Shown one piece after another: positions 10,273 to 20,355 of a stretch of DNA of 64,000 bases. How positions within the stretch are numbered: position 1 is the stretch's first letter; every line of letters starts with the position of its first letter. The DNA is taken from positions 148,970 to 212,969 of the forward strand of contig CP091137.1 of assembly GCA_021582295.1 (NCBI GenBank), read 5' to 3'. Under the pieces are notes generated by a model. It ran no database searches and was not told the DNA's origin. It saw only the letters and a program-made list of their open reading frames with translations. Origin of the DNA: Candidatus Thiovulum stygium (GTDB lineage Bacteria > Campylobacterota > Campylobacteria > Campylobacterales > Thiovulaceae). The position numbers and the translations under genes were made by a program.

Positions 10273-11685
10273 TTATAACCTTGATTTTAATAAGTCATTA
10301 ACTTTTTGAGGATTTGCACTACCGCCACTTTGTTTAAGAACTTGACCAACAAAAAAGCCAAAAAGTTTATCTTTTCCACTTTTATATTCAGCCACTTTAT
10401 TACTGTTTTGAGCAATGACATTATCTATTATTAGTAAAATAGAACTATCATCACTAACTTGTTCGAGTCCTAGCTTTTTGATAGCATCACTGACAGAAAT
10501 ATTATTTTCAAAAAGAAAATCTAAAATATCTTTTCCAGCTTTTCCACTAATTGTATTGTTATCAATAGCTAAAATTAGATCGCTCAATTTTCGAGAATTT
10601 ATAGGCGATTGACTAATATCAAGATTCAGTTTATTAAGCCTTCCAAGAAGTTCAACAGTTAGCCAAGTAGTAGCCATTTTAGAAGAAACTCCAAATTGAA
10701 TAAGATCTTCAAAATATCTAGCAAGTTCGAATGAACTAGATATCACATTAGAATTATATTCAGTTAAACCTAAATCTTTCTGAAATCTTTCAGCTTTTTG
10801 AACTGGTAATTCAGGAATTTGTGAATATTTTTCGATAATTTCATCAGATAAATTTATATCTAAAAGATCAGGTTCAGGAAAATATCGATAGTCTGAAGCC
10901 TCTTCTTTGCTTCGCATACTTCGAGTCTCATTTTTTGCAGAATCATAAAGTCTTGTTTCTTGCCAAACATCTTTCGAATAAGTTCCATCAATCCAAGCTT
11001 CTCGTTGTCGAGCAACTTCAAATTCGATAGCTTTTTGAATAAATCTAAAGCTATTTATATTTTTAATTTCAACTCGAGTATATAATTTTTCGTCGCCTTT
11101 TGGTCGAATTGAAACATTTGCATCACATCTAAAAGAGCCTTCTTGCATATTAGCATCGCTAATATTTATATATCTGATTATAGTATGCAATTTTTTTAAA
11201 TATTCAATTGCTTCATCAGAACTTCGCATATCAGGAGCTGACACAATTTCTAAAAGTGGAGTTCCAGCTCGATTCAAATCAACTTTTGAACCATCAGATT
11301 CATGAATACTTTTTCCTGCATCAGCTTCTAAATGAGCTCGACTAATTACAACTCTTTTGTCAGTTATATCTAAATAGCCTGATTCTATAATTGGTTGATA
11401 AAATTGAGAAATTTGATAAGCACTTGGAGAATCAGGATAAAAATAATTTTTTCGATCAAATTTAGAAATGGAATTGATTTTTGCATCAACTGCTTTTCCA
11501 AACTGAATTGCCTTATGAACAGCTTCACGATTTATAGTTGGTAAAGCTCCCGGAAGAGCTAAACAAGTTGGACAAGTATTACTATTTTCCTGTTCATTAA
11601 AACTTGTGGGACAAGAACAGAATAATTTTGTCTCTGTATTGAGTTGAACATGAACTTCAAGTCCAATAACTGTTTCAAACTCCAT
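10273..11685 (-). CDS. gatB: Asp-tRNA(Asn)/Glu-tRNA(Gln) amidotransferase subunit B
   Basis: [25 protein letters not shown]... is the canonical GatB N-terminus. 470 aa. Confidence 0.95.
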   Translation of the reverse strand: MEFETVIGLEVHVQLNTETKLFCSCPTSFNEQENSNTCPTCLALPGALPTINREAVHKAIQFGKAVDAKINSISKFDRKNYFYPDSPSAYQISQFYQPIIESGYLDITDKRVVISRAHLEADAGKSIHESDGSKVDLNRAGTPLLEIVSAPDMRSSDEAIEYLKKLHTIIRYINISDANMQEGSFRCDANVSIRPKGDEKLYTRVEIKNINSFRFIQKAIEFEVARQREAWIDGTYSKDVWQETRLYDSAKNETRSMRSKEEASDYRYFPEPDLLDINLSDEIIEKYSQIPELPVQKAERFQKDLGLTEYNSNVISSSFELARYFEDLIQFGVSSKMATTWLTVELLGRLNKLNLDISQSPINSRKLSDLILAIDNNTISGKAGKDILDFLFENNISVSDAIKKLGLEQVSDDSSILLIIDNVIAQNSNKVAEYKSGKDKLFGFFVGQVLKQSGGSANPQKVNDLLKSRL

Positions 11686-11801
11686 ATAAATATTTTCCTT
11701 TTTTGATGATTTCTGGAAATTCTACCAAAAGAAAGAGATATAACTTGACATTAACTTTTAGTTTTTGTAAGATCGATCGCAAATTTAAAAAAGGATTGTT
11801 T

Positions 11802-12146
11802 ATGTTTCATAAAACCGTATCAATTGCTTTTGCTTCGATTACTATTTTCTCAGCAACAACAAGTATAGCTTTTGCAGATGTCAATAAAGGTCAAAAATAT
11901 TACTTAAAAGAGTGTAAAGAGTGCCATGGCAATGGAACAAAAGGAGCTGCAATGCTTGAACAAGCTGAATGGAAAGATATGTTCGCAAACGGTAATAAAG
12001 AAATGATTACAGCTCACGAAGAATCTAATAATGAAAAAGCTAAAAAATATATCAACAGTGATAAATTTAAAGAACATGCTCAAGATTTATTTGATTTTCT
12101 TCACGAATATGCTAAGGATTCAGGTAAAGTTCCTTCTTGTGGTTAA
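11802..12146 (+). CDS. Periplasmic monohaem class I cytochrome c
   Basis: CKECH haem-binding motif. Signal peptide MFHKTVSIAFASITIFSATTSIAFA. I prefer the ATG at 11802, which has an AAGGA RBS upstream, over the ORF-track start at 11703. Confidence 0.8.
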   Translation: MFHKTVSIAFASITIFSATTSIAFADVNKGQKYYLKECKECHGNGTKGAAMLEQAEWKDMFANGNKEMITAHEESNNEKAKKYINSDKFKEHAQDLFDFLHEYAKDSGKVPSCG

Positions 12147-12186
12147 TTTTTAATTAATTATTCAACTTTCTAAATTACTACTATTT

Positions 12187-12207
12187 TTCGCCAGAATCTC
12201 TGGCGAA
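12187..12207 (+). terminator. GC-rich hairpin downstream of the cytochrome c gene (possible terminator)
   Basis: ttcgccaga-atc-tctggcgaa forms a 9-bp perfect stem. No clear U-tract follows, hence the low confidence. Confidence 0.35.
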
Positions 12208-12289
12208 ATAACAAAAAACTTATAATCTATAAATTTTATTATACTATAATTTAAAATTTAAACACCTCATCATTATTATTAGGATATCT

Positions 12290-12766
12290 ATGTTATTTAA
12301 ATTAAAAATTTTATTTATATCAATGATTATATTTGGAATTACATATTTATCATATAATATATATGACTACTGGAATTTTAATCATAATCCAATTGATATT
12401 AATTTAGAAATGGCTATTTCTAAAAAAAGAGATGAATTAATTAATAGAACTCTTGAATTTTATGGTATCTATTTGCCAGTGCCTATAAAAATTGAAAATA
12501 TTCCAAATCGTTTATATGGCATTACAACTTTATCAAAAAATGGTTCAATTACAATTATATTAAATAAAAAAATCTTTAAAGAAAGTTTTAATTATATAAT
12601 TGAATCTGTTTTACCTCACGAATTTGCTCATGCAATTATGTTTCATCGAGGAAAAATTAATGGTGATGGACATTCAAATGAATGGCGAGAAATCTGTATT
12701 CAACTTCGTGGTAAAAAATGTGATCAATATGTAAATATCGAGGATATTATCATTGAGAAACTTTAA
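12290..12766 (+). CDS. SprT-like zinc metalloprotease-domain protein with N-terminal TM anchor
   Basis: HEFAH (HExxH) followed by GHSNEW. N-terminal hydrophobic segment. Confidence 0.55.
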   Translation: MLFKLKILFISMIIFGITYLSYNIYDYWNFNHNPIDINLEMAISKKRDELINRTLEFYGIYLPVPIKIENIPNRLYGITTLSKNGSITIILNKKIFKESFNYIIESVLPHEFAHAIMFHRGKINGDGHSNEWREICIQLRGKKCDQYVNIEDIIIEKL

Positions 12767-12852
12767 GTAAGTTGATAGACTCAGATAAAAATCAAAAAGA
12801 TCAAATTGCTAGAATGTAAATTCACTTCAGCATCTAATAAGGACTTTTCAAA

Positions 12853-13644
12853 TTGCAAAAAGACAAACAAATAGAGATAAGTAAAAAAATTTTACGACAA
12901 GTTGGAAAAACAAATTTTAATTTCAATTTAATAAATAATGGTGATAAAATAGTTCTTGGTTTGAGTGGAGGCAAAGATTCGTTAATGTTAGCACATATTT
13001 TAAAACGAACTCAAAGACATGCTCCGTTCAAATTTGAATTTTTGGCTGTTACAGTTGATTATGGAATGGGCGAAAATTTTGATGATTTAATTGCTCATAC
13101 AAAATATTATGATATACCTCATCAAATTTATAAAACAGAAATATTCGATATTGCTACTGAAAAAATTCGAGAAAATAGTTCATATTGTAGTTTTTTTTCG
13201 CGAATGCGACGAGGTGCTTTATACAGTGCAACTACAAAATTTGGTTTTAACAAATTGGCTCTTGGTCATCATCTCGATGATGCCGTTGAAAGCTTTTTTA
13301 TGAATATGTTTTATAACAGCACAATGAGAGGTTTTCCACCAAAATATAAATCTGGAAATGGCATTGAAGTTATTCGTCCGCTTATACAAATTCGCGAAAG
13401 ACAACTAAGCGATGGAGCTTTAAAAAATAATTTTCCATTAATTGGTGATAATGCTTGTCCATCAATGAAATTTAAAATTAAAATGCCTCATGTTCGAGCT
13501 GATATGAAAACAATGTTAGCTGATTTAGAATATAAATTTCCTAATATGTTTCAATCAATTAATCGTGCTTTTTCAAATTTTCATTTTGATTCATTTTTCT
13601 TAAATAATTCAAATGAGATTATAGAAGATAACTTCGAAGAATAG
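12853..13644 (+). CDS. ttcA: PP-loop ATPase, TtcA-like tRNA thiolation enzyme
   Basis: SGGKDS PP-loop motif in LGLSGGKDSLMLAHIL. 263 aa, TTG start. Confidence 0.75.
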   Translation: MQKDKQIEISKKILRQVGKTNFNFNLINNGDKIVLGLSGGKDSLMLAHILKRTQRHAPFKFEFLAVTVDYGMGENFDDLIAHTKYYDIPHQIYKTEIFDIATEKIRENSSYCSFFSRMRRGALYSATTKFGFNKLALGHHLDDAVESFFMNMFYNSTMRGFPPKYKSGNGIEVIRPLIQIRERQLSDGALKNNFPLIGDNACPSMKFKIKMPHVRADMKTMLADLEYKFPNMFQSINRAFSNFHFDSFFLNNSNEIIEDNFEE

Positions 13645-14945
13645 TTTTTATTAAACAAAGCTATAAATATAGATATCATCAAATATATTATTAAAAATGT
13701 ATTTGATGTATTAAATTTATAATGTTCCCAAAAATTCATAGATAAAAAATATAATAAAATCTGATCAAATATCTCTCCAATATTTAAAATATGAATTAAA
13801 ATCATAATTGGATATATAAATGAAAATAAAATATTCCAAATTGGTGATAGTAGTTGTATTAAATAAAAATCTTCAAAATATAGATGAACTATTGGTAACA
13901 TTGCAAAAAATACAAAAAAATTTAATAAAATTACATCTAAAATTAGTCCAAATTTAAATAATTTCATATAAAGCAATATATAAAAAATTCCAGAAACTGA
14001 AAACCAAAAGCTCATTGAAAAAAAGAGTGTTGGATCAAAAGCCAACATAATTAAAACTCCAATTAAAAGAGTCTCAAAATTATTTTTATTTATATTTCTA
14101 TCAAAAAGTATAAAAGTAATTATAAACATAAAGACTGATCTTAAAAAAGGTGGTGGCGAATCTAAAAACAGGTTATAAATTATAATGATAATTATTCCAA
14201 AAAATATACTATCTCTTATTTTATTTCGATATGGAAAAAATCTTTTATGGAATGGAGAATAAAATATTAAAAAAATAATTATTGAAAATAATATAATTAA
14301 AGATACATGAAAACCGCTAAGAGTAGCAACTGGATTTAACCCTAAACGATTTAAATCTTCTCGTAATTCTCCTCTAATTGGAGTTGCAAAAAATAGAGCC
14401 GAATATAAATCAGCTATTTTTTCATTTTTATGAATATCTTTCAAGTCTAAATATAGTTTAAATCTTGAATCTCGATTACATTCGTTGAGTTCAATTTTTG
14501 AAATTATTAAAAATGGTTCATTTAAAAAATCTAAGAATTTTAAATTTTCGTTAATATTTATTGATAAATTTGTTTTCATGCCAAGTAAATTTTTATATTT
14601 ATATCTCGAAGATGAATAAAATAATAAGCTGTTTTTTGTAGATTTAAATTTGAAAATTGTAAAAGGTTCTTTTGTATATTGGTCAATTACTATAAATTCT
14701 CCATCATAAGTTGAAAAATGAGAGAATTCTAAATATTCAATATATTTTTTTGACATTGAAAATATAAATATAAAGAGTAAAATTATTAAGAAATATAGCT
14801 GTTCTTTAAAAGATCTAAATAGTGATAATGAAAATTTATAATTTAAAGTGCGATGATTTTGAGATTGTGATAAAGATAATAAAAAATCTTTAGTTTGCTT
14901 CCACTCGATTTCTGCCACCTCTTTTTGCACGATAAAGAGCTTCAT
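13581..14945 (-). CDS. comEC: ComEC/Rec2-family DNA uptake channel protein
   Basis: Polytopic membrane protein. The core LSGFHVSLIILF...FLRSVFMFIITFILF resembles the ComEC competence domain. The start is uncertain (an internal Met is possible). Its 3' end overlaps the convergent ttcA-like gene by 64 nt. Confidence 0.65.
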   Translation of the reverse strand: MKLFIVQKEVAEIEWKQTKDFLLSLSQSQNHRTLNYKFSLSLFRSFKEQLYFLIILLFIFIFSMSKKYIEYLEFSHFSTYDGEFIVIDQYTKEPFTIFKFKSTKNSLLFYSSSRYKYKNLLGMKTNLSININENLKFLDFLNEPFLIISKIELNECNRDSRFKLYLDLKDIHKNEKIADLYSALFFATPIRGELREDLNRLGLNPVATLSGFHVSLIILFSIIIFLIFYSPFHKRFFPYRNKIRDSIFFGIIIIIIYNLFLDSPPPFLRSVFMFIITFILFDRNINKNNFETLLIGVLIMLAFDPTLFFSMSFWFSVSGIFYILLYMKLFKFGLILDVILLNFFVFFAMLPIVHLYFEDFYLIQLLSPIWNILFSFIYPIMILIHILNIGEIFDQILLYFLSMNFWEHYKFNTSNTFLIIYLMISIFIALFNKNYSSKLSSIISFELFKKNESK

Positions 14946-15240
14946 CAGCTCTTGCCATTAAAATATCAATAGAATCATCTCGAATTAAATTTTGAGTAGC
15001 TAAATCTTGATTATTAGCCTGTTCCATTAAATCAATGATTTTATCATTAGCAATCAAATTTTGAAAAATAATATCATATTTTTTATAAAATTCATTAAAA
15101 ACTATTGTTACAGATTCAGTTCTACTTGAATGAATATTATGTTTTGAGAGTTCAACTATTGAGAAATAATCGTCTAGAACATCTCTAAGAATTAAAAATA
15201 TAAACAATATTATAAAAAATATAAAATAAGTTTTTTTCAT
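14890..15240 (-). CDS. Small membrane-anchored protein carrying only the last ~25 aa of a GGDEF domain
   Basis: The C-terminus ILMARADEALYRAKRGGRNRV is the terminal helix of a GGDEF domain, but no GGDEF/GGEEF active-site segment lies upstream. N-terminal TM segment. Confidence 0.4.
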   Translation of the reverse strand: MKKTYFIFFIILFIFLILRDVLDDYFSIVELSKHNIHSSRTESVTIVFNEFYKKYDIIFQNLIANDKIIDLMEQANNQDLATQNLIRDDSIDILMARADEALYRAKRGGRNRVEAN

Positions 15241-15287
15241 TTTTGACTATGGAACCTTAAGCGAAGTGCCATATTTTAGCACAAATT

Positions 15288-16727
15288 TTAAACATCAGCC
15301 CGAAAATGTGAACCTTGGGACTTGTGATTTTGTAAAGAGGATAAAACAATTTCTCTTGCGACAAAAAGCTGTAATTTTAAGAGTCGACCTTTTTCTATGA
15401 TTAACATTTGATCAATACGATTCAAAACCATTTGAAGTTCAGCACCTCTTCGTTCAATTGAAACATATTTCCATAAAAGATCGCTTAATTCATCTTTTAA
15501 AATTTGATCATTATTTAGAAATAATTTTTCTGTAGATTTTGGAAACTCTTTAAATATAAATTCACTTTTATTTTTAAGAGAATCTTCGACGGCACGATTA
15601 CTAAAAACAATAGCCTCAAGAAGAGAATTGGAAGCAAGTCGATTGGCACCATGAACTCCAGTTGAGGCAACTTCACCAACGGCATATAAATTTTGGTATC
15701 CAAAAACTTTACCATTAATATCAGTTGCAATTCCGCCAATCGTATAATGAAAAGCTGGAGAAATTGGAATTCTATCATTAGGAATATTAAAACCGTAATT
15801 TATTAAAAATTTAGAAATAGTTGGAAATCTATTTATGAACCAATCTCGTTTAAAATGAGCAATAGATAAAAAAGCCTTTTTTGGATGTTTCATAATTGCA
15901 CGAGAAACAATATCACGAGAAGCAAGTTCGCCTCGTTTATCATATTTAAATAAAAATCTATCACCATCTTCATCAATTACATAAGCACCTTCACCTCGAA
16001 GAGCTTCACTAATTAAAAAAGTTTCGCCACTTTGTGAAAGCAGAGTTGTAGGATGAAATTGAAGCATTTCCATATCTTTTAATTTTATCCCTTTTTCAAC
16101 TGCAATTCCTTGAATGTCGCCAAAAATAGTAAAAGCATTAGTGCTATATTTATATAATCTTCCAATTCCGCCAGTTGCCAGAATCAAATTTTTCGAATAA
16201 ATATTTTCTAAAATTCCATTTCGATAAACAGTTACACCATAAGCTTGAGAGCCATCAACTAATATATCAATAACTCTACTATCTTCATAAATAGTATCTT
16301 TTAAATTATTAATTAAAAATGAGTGTAAATATCTACCAGTTGCATCACCACCAATATGTAAAATTCTATTTGTTGAATGAGCCCCCTCTTTTGTATATAA
16401 AAGCTTACCTGAATTATCTTTATCAAAATTCAAACCAAGTTTTATTAACTTATCTATTTCTCGTTTTCCATCTTTTACAAGAGTTTGAACAGCTGAAAAA
16501 TCAGATAAACCAGCTCCTGCTTGTAATGTGTCTTCTATATGCAAATTTATATCTTCGTTATCTTTTGGAACTGAAATTCCACCTTGAGCATAAAACGAAT
16601 TACATTCCCAAGGCATTGCACGAGTGATAATTAATACTCGATACTCTTTTGGAATATTAAAAGCTGAATATAATCCAGCTAAACCTGAACCAACAATTAT
16701 ATAATCATAAATATTTTTATTACTCAT
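15288..16727 (-). CDS. nadB: L-aspartate oxidase
   Basis: Dinucleotide-binding motif DYIIVGSGLAGL directly after the Met at 16727, followed by NadB-type FAD/succinate dehydrogenase-like core motifs. The ORF track extends in frame to 16880 (see finding). Confidence 0.9.
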   Translation of the reverse strand: MSNKNIYDYIIVGSGLAGLYSAFNIPKEYRVLIITRAMPWECNSFYAQGGISVPKDNEDINLHIEDTLQAGAGLSDFSAVQTLVKDGKREIDKLIKLGLNFDKDNSGKLLYTKEGAHSTNRILHIGGDATGRYLHSFLINNLKDTIYEDSRVIDILVDGSQAYGVTVYRNGILENIYSKNLILATGGIGRLYKYSTNAFTIFGDIQGIAVEKGIKLKDMEMLQFHPTTLLSQSGETFLISEALRGEGAYVIDEDGDRFLFKYDKRGELASRDIVSRAIMKHPKKAFLSIAHFKRDWFINRFPTISKFLINYGFNIPNDRIPISPAFHYTIGGIATDINGKVFGYQNLYAVGEVASTGVHGANRLASNSLLEAIVFSNRAVEDSLKNKSEFIFKEFPKSTEKLFLNNDQILKDELSDLLWKYVSIERRGAELQMVLNRIDQMLIIEKGRLLKLQLFVAREIVLSSLQNHKSQGSHFRADV

Positions 16728-16850
16728 TTTAATTGCTCTCTTATAATTAATAGTTTTGATTTTTTTATTTGGATAATAAGCGGGGTCTGCTTTGTAGCCA
16801 CAGCCAGAAATCAGAAAAGCAACAGATAAAATAGTTGCTAAAATTCCAAA

Positions 16851-17153
16851 ATGATACATGATTCTAAACAACTTATACATTTAATATACAAAATTCCTGC
16901 TTTAAAAAAATTGTCTAATTATAGGTGCTTTGAACTTATTTTAGAAAATATCGAATCTCATGTTCCGCTAAAAGTGGAAAATTTACAATTTAGAAAAGGA
17001 AAACTTATTTTTTATATAAGACATCCTACAGTTAAGTTGTTACTTTTATCTAAAAAAGAAGATATATACAAAATTTTAAATTTTGAAGAGTGTCAATATA
17101 TTAAAGAAAATATCAAATGTATTGAATGTATATTATCTGATAATTTTAATTAA
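16851..17153 (+). CDS. Hypothetical 100-aa protein
   Basis: ORF track only; divergent from nadB. I recognise no motif with confidence. Confidence 0.35.
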   Translation: MIHDSKQLIHLIYKIPALKKLSNYRCFELILENIESHVPLKVENLQFRKGKLIFYIRHPTVKLLLLSKKEDIYKILNFEECQYIKENIKCIECILSDNFN

Positions 17154-17216
17154 AAAAAATAACTCTGAATATATTTTATAATAGTATTCAGAGTTAAATT
17201 AAATATTTATTTTTGA

Positions 17217-17986
17217 TTAAAAGGCGATATTTAATCCACCAAAAAATCCTGAAACTTCTGATTTTATATTAGCATTAAAACCAGAAAAGCTATTTTTCCC
17301 AGCAAAAATTTGAAGTCTATGAACTCTATAACCTATTTCTAAATTTACATCTAAAAGAGCTAATGAAATTATAGTAGCATTTGCTTTTATGCGAAAATCA
17401 AACATTTCAGCATCAACAAGTGGATCAAATCTAAAATATTTTAAATCCATTTCAGCACCAAAATTTGTAAATGGAATTTCAGTAGCTAATCTACCATATA
17501 TTAAAGGAATTGGGAAATCTATATCTAAATTTTTATTATTTATATCTAAAGTTCCACTATAATATTTGACTCCGACTCCAACATCAAAAGTAATTAAAGT
17601 ATCTAATAAATTATAATAAACAATAGCATCTATCTGATTTAAACTTAATTTAGATTCAACATCTTTGCCAGTTAAATTATAATCATTAAATATTTTTTTA
17701 TACCAGTTGGTAATTTATTTGTTGCATCAGTTCCGATTTGAGTTACTTCAACTCTAGCATTTGGAATTACGGGAATAAAATGTTTGAAATTTGCCCAAAC
17801 ATAAGTTCCAACTGTTGAATCCAACCCTAATTCGTCATCGAGAGAAATAGCAGTTCCTTTATATGAAACATCGCCAGTGCTTTTTATATACCAAGCTCCA
17901 ACACCTGCTTCGGCTTTTAATAAATCAGCTTTTATTTCACCATTAACTAAAAAAAGTAAAGGTATAGTTATCGGAATAAATCTCAT
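17217..17986 (-). pseudogene. Outer-membrane beta-barrel protein (TIGR04219-like) split by a -1 frameshift in a T7 run
   Basis: The ORFs 17672-17986 and 17217-17450 are collinear. Adding one base to T7 17693-17699 gives one uninterrupted 256-aa ORF ending ...GGLNIAF (C-terminal Phe). Signal peptide MRFIPITIPLLFLVNGEIKA. Confidence 0.7.
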
Positions 17987-18010
17987 TTTATTTTTCTCAC
18001 TATTTTGTCG

Positions 18011-18592
18011 TTAAACAATTTTACCATGACTATTAAAATTCTTTATAGAGATGTCAATTTTGATAATCTCTTTATAAATTTTAAATTTATTAAATTCTAC
18101 TCGCCAATCATATAATAATATTTCTATTGGTTTCCAAAGAGCAACCCAACCCATAATTAATAAACCTTCTTCTATTACTCCTTTAAATAAATCATTTGTC
18201 TTTACAATATCAGAATGTTCGCCAACAATGACATATAAAAATAAAAATATAGTTCCTAAAATAATAGATGAGATTCCTTGATATAATTTACTTTTAAGAT
18301 GACCATAATAAAAATTATATCGATAATGAAAATATAATTTAACTCCAATCTCTGCTTTTTCTATTTGTTCTTGTTCTTCGCAACCATTTTGACAAAAAAT
18401 AACTATTTTTTTCTTTGAATCTTTTAATTCTTCTACTGATTCAAAAATATATTGTTCAACATTTGGATCTAAATCTTTTTTGTGTAAAACTGAATGATCG
18501 AGATAATGAAATAATTCATTGAGATTTTCTACATTGATATCTATAACAGAAAAACCATCATTATCTTGTGAATAAAATTTATCTAAATTCAC
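18011..18592 (-). CDS. Hypothetical membrane protein (193 aa)
   Basis: ORF track, GTG start. Two predicted TM segments in the C-terminal half. Confidence 0.5.
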   Translation of the reverse strand: MNLDKFYSQDNDGFSVIDINVENLNELFHYLDHSVLHKKDLDPNVEQYIFESVEELKDSKKKIVIFCQNGCEEQEQIEKAEIGVKLYFHYRYNFYYGHLKSKLYQGISSIILGTIFLFLYVIVGEHSDIVKTNDLFKGVIEEGLLIMGWVALWKPIEILLYDWRVEFNKFKIYKEIIKIDISIKNFNSHGKIV

Positions 18593-18694
18593 GATATTCT
18601 TTCCTATTTTTATTTTTTAAATCGATTAAATTTATAGATATTTAAAATATCTTTGATGTTTGGTAAAATTTGACATTAATCAAAGAGGATTTAA

Positions 18695-19537
18695 ATGACA
18701 ATTTTAGATGGCAAAAAATTAGCGGAAAAAGTTCGCAATGAATTGCGAAACGATGTGAAAAAATTAGATCATGTCGGTTTAGCAGTTGTTTTGGTTGGCG
18801 ATGATGAAGCAAGTCGCCTATATGTTTCTATGAAGAAAAAAGCTTGTGAAGATGTCGGTATAGAATCTATTGAAGTTAAATTACCAAATAATATAAATGA
18901 AGAGATGTTAATTTCAGAAATTGAAAAATTAAATCTCGATTCAAAAGTTGATGGAATTCTTGTTCAGTTACCTCTGCCAAAACATATAAATAGTGCAAAA
19001 ATTTTGTCTCTAATTGATCCAAATAAAGATGTTGATGGTTTTCATCCGCAAAATGTTGGACTTCTAGTTACTGGAACTGAAACAGGTTTTATTCCTTGCA
19101 CTCCACTTGGTGTTATTAAATTATTAGAAGAATATAATATTAGCCCAAAAGGTAAAAATAGTGTTATAGTTGGTGCAAGTAATATTGTTGGAAAACCTGT
19201 TGCAAGTCTATTATTAAATAGAAATTCAACAATAGATATTTGTCATATTTATACTCAAGATTTAAAAGCTCATACACTTCAAGCTGATATTCTTGTTGTT
19301 GGTGTTGGCAAAACTGATCTAATTCGAGGTGATATGGTTAAAGATGGAGTTGTTGTAATTGATATCGGAATTAATAAATTATCAAATGGTAAAATAGTTG
19401 GAGATATTAATTTTGATGAAGTTTCTAAAAAAGCTAGTTATATTACTCCAGTTCCAGGTGGTGTAGGTCCAATGACAATTGCAATGCTTCTCCAAAATAC
19501 TGTTCAATCTGCACAAAATAAAAATAAAAGGTATTAA
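18695..19537 (+). CDS. folD: Bifunctional methylenetetrahydrofolate dehydrogenase/cyclohydrolase
   Basis: MTILDGKKLA...GILVQLPLP...PGGVGPMTIAMLL are canonical FolD motifs. Confidence 0.95.
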   Translation: MTILDGKKLAEKVRNELRNDVKKLDHVGLAVVLVGDDEASRLYVSMKKKACEDVGIESIEVKLPNNINEEMLISEIEKLNLDSKVDGILVQLPLPKHINSAKILSLIDPNKDVDGFHPQNVGLLVTGTETGFIPCTPLGVIKLLEEYNISPKGKNSVIVGASNIVGKPVASLLLNRNSTIDICHIYTQDLKAHTLQADILVVGVGKTDLIRGDMVKDGVVVIDIGINKLSNGKIVGDINFDEVSKKASYITPVPGGVGPMTIAMLLQNTVQSAQNKNKRY

Positions 19538-19540
19538 AAC

Positions 19541-20341
19541 TTGAATATGAATATAAAAATCTATTTAGATAAAATAAGCAGTTCAACTTATTGGAAATAT
19601 ATAGAAAAATTACACTATTTTTCCACAACTTGGACTGGAGCTATAATTATAGTTCTATTTCTTATCTCTTTCGTTGCTCAATCTTTTATTATTCCAAGTG
19701 GTTCTATGATTGGAACATTATTAATAGGAGATATGTTATTAGTGAAAAAATATGTCTATGGCACTCCAACTCCACATATTCCATGGATTGAAGCTCCAAT
19801 GATTCCAGGAGTTGGTTTGAAACTTTTTGATGGCAATAGACCAAAAAGAGGTGATATCGTTGTTTTTAGAAAACCGGGAGAAGAAACAATCCATTTTGTT
19901 AAAAGATGTGTCGCAATTCCTGGAGATTTAATTATGCAACGAGATAAAGATCTATATTTACGACCAGTTGAAGGTAATGAATATATTCAAGCTAATTTTA
20001 ATAATTTAGATATAGTTGATATGAATGGTACTCTTTGGGTTAAAAATCCATATGAACGAGAACATAAAGGTATTCATCATGACGAAACAGTTCAAATGAA
20101 TGCTGTTCAACCTCATCAAATTTTTAATTTTGCTCCAAAACGAATTGCTGATAACGAATATTTTATGATGGGCGATAATCGAGACCATTCTAATGATAGT
20201 CGTTTTTGGGGTAGTGTTCCATATGAAAATATCGAAGGAACTCCTTGGTTAATATATTTTAGTTTTGATGACAATCAATCTGTTAGATGGAATCGAATGT
20301 TTAAAAATATCAGTGAAATTGAAGAAGATCTAAGAAAATAA
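19541..20341 (+). CDS. lepB: Signal peptidase I
   Basis: IPSGSM (catalytic Ser), VKRCVAIPGD (catalytic Lys) and GDNRDHSNDSRFWG. Confidence 0.9.
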   Translation: MNMNIKIYLDKISSSTYWKYIEKLHYFSTTWTGAIIIVLFLISFVAQSFIIPSGSMIGTLLIGDMLLVKKYVYGTPTPHIPWIEAPMIPGVGLKLFDGNRPKRGDIVVFRKPGEETIHFVKRCVAIPGDLIMQRDKDLYLRPVEGNEYIQANFNNLDIVDMNGTLWVKNPYEREHKGIHHDETVQMNAVQPHQIFNFAPKRIADNEYFMMGDNRDHSNDSRFWGSVPYENIEGTPWLIYFSFDDNQSVRWNRMFKNISEIEEDLRK

Positions 20342-20355
20342 TAAATTTATAAATA

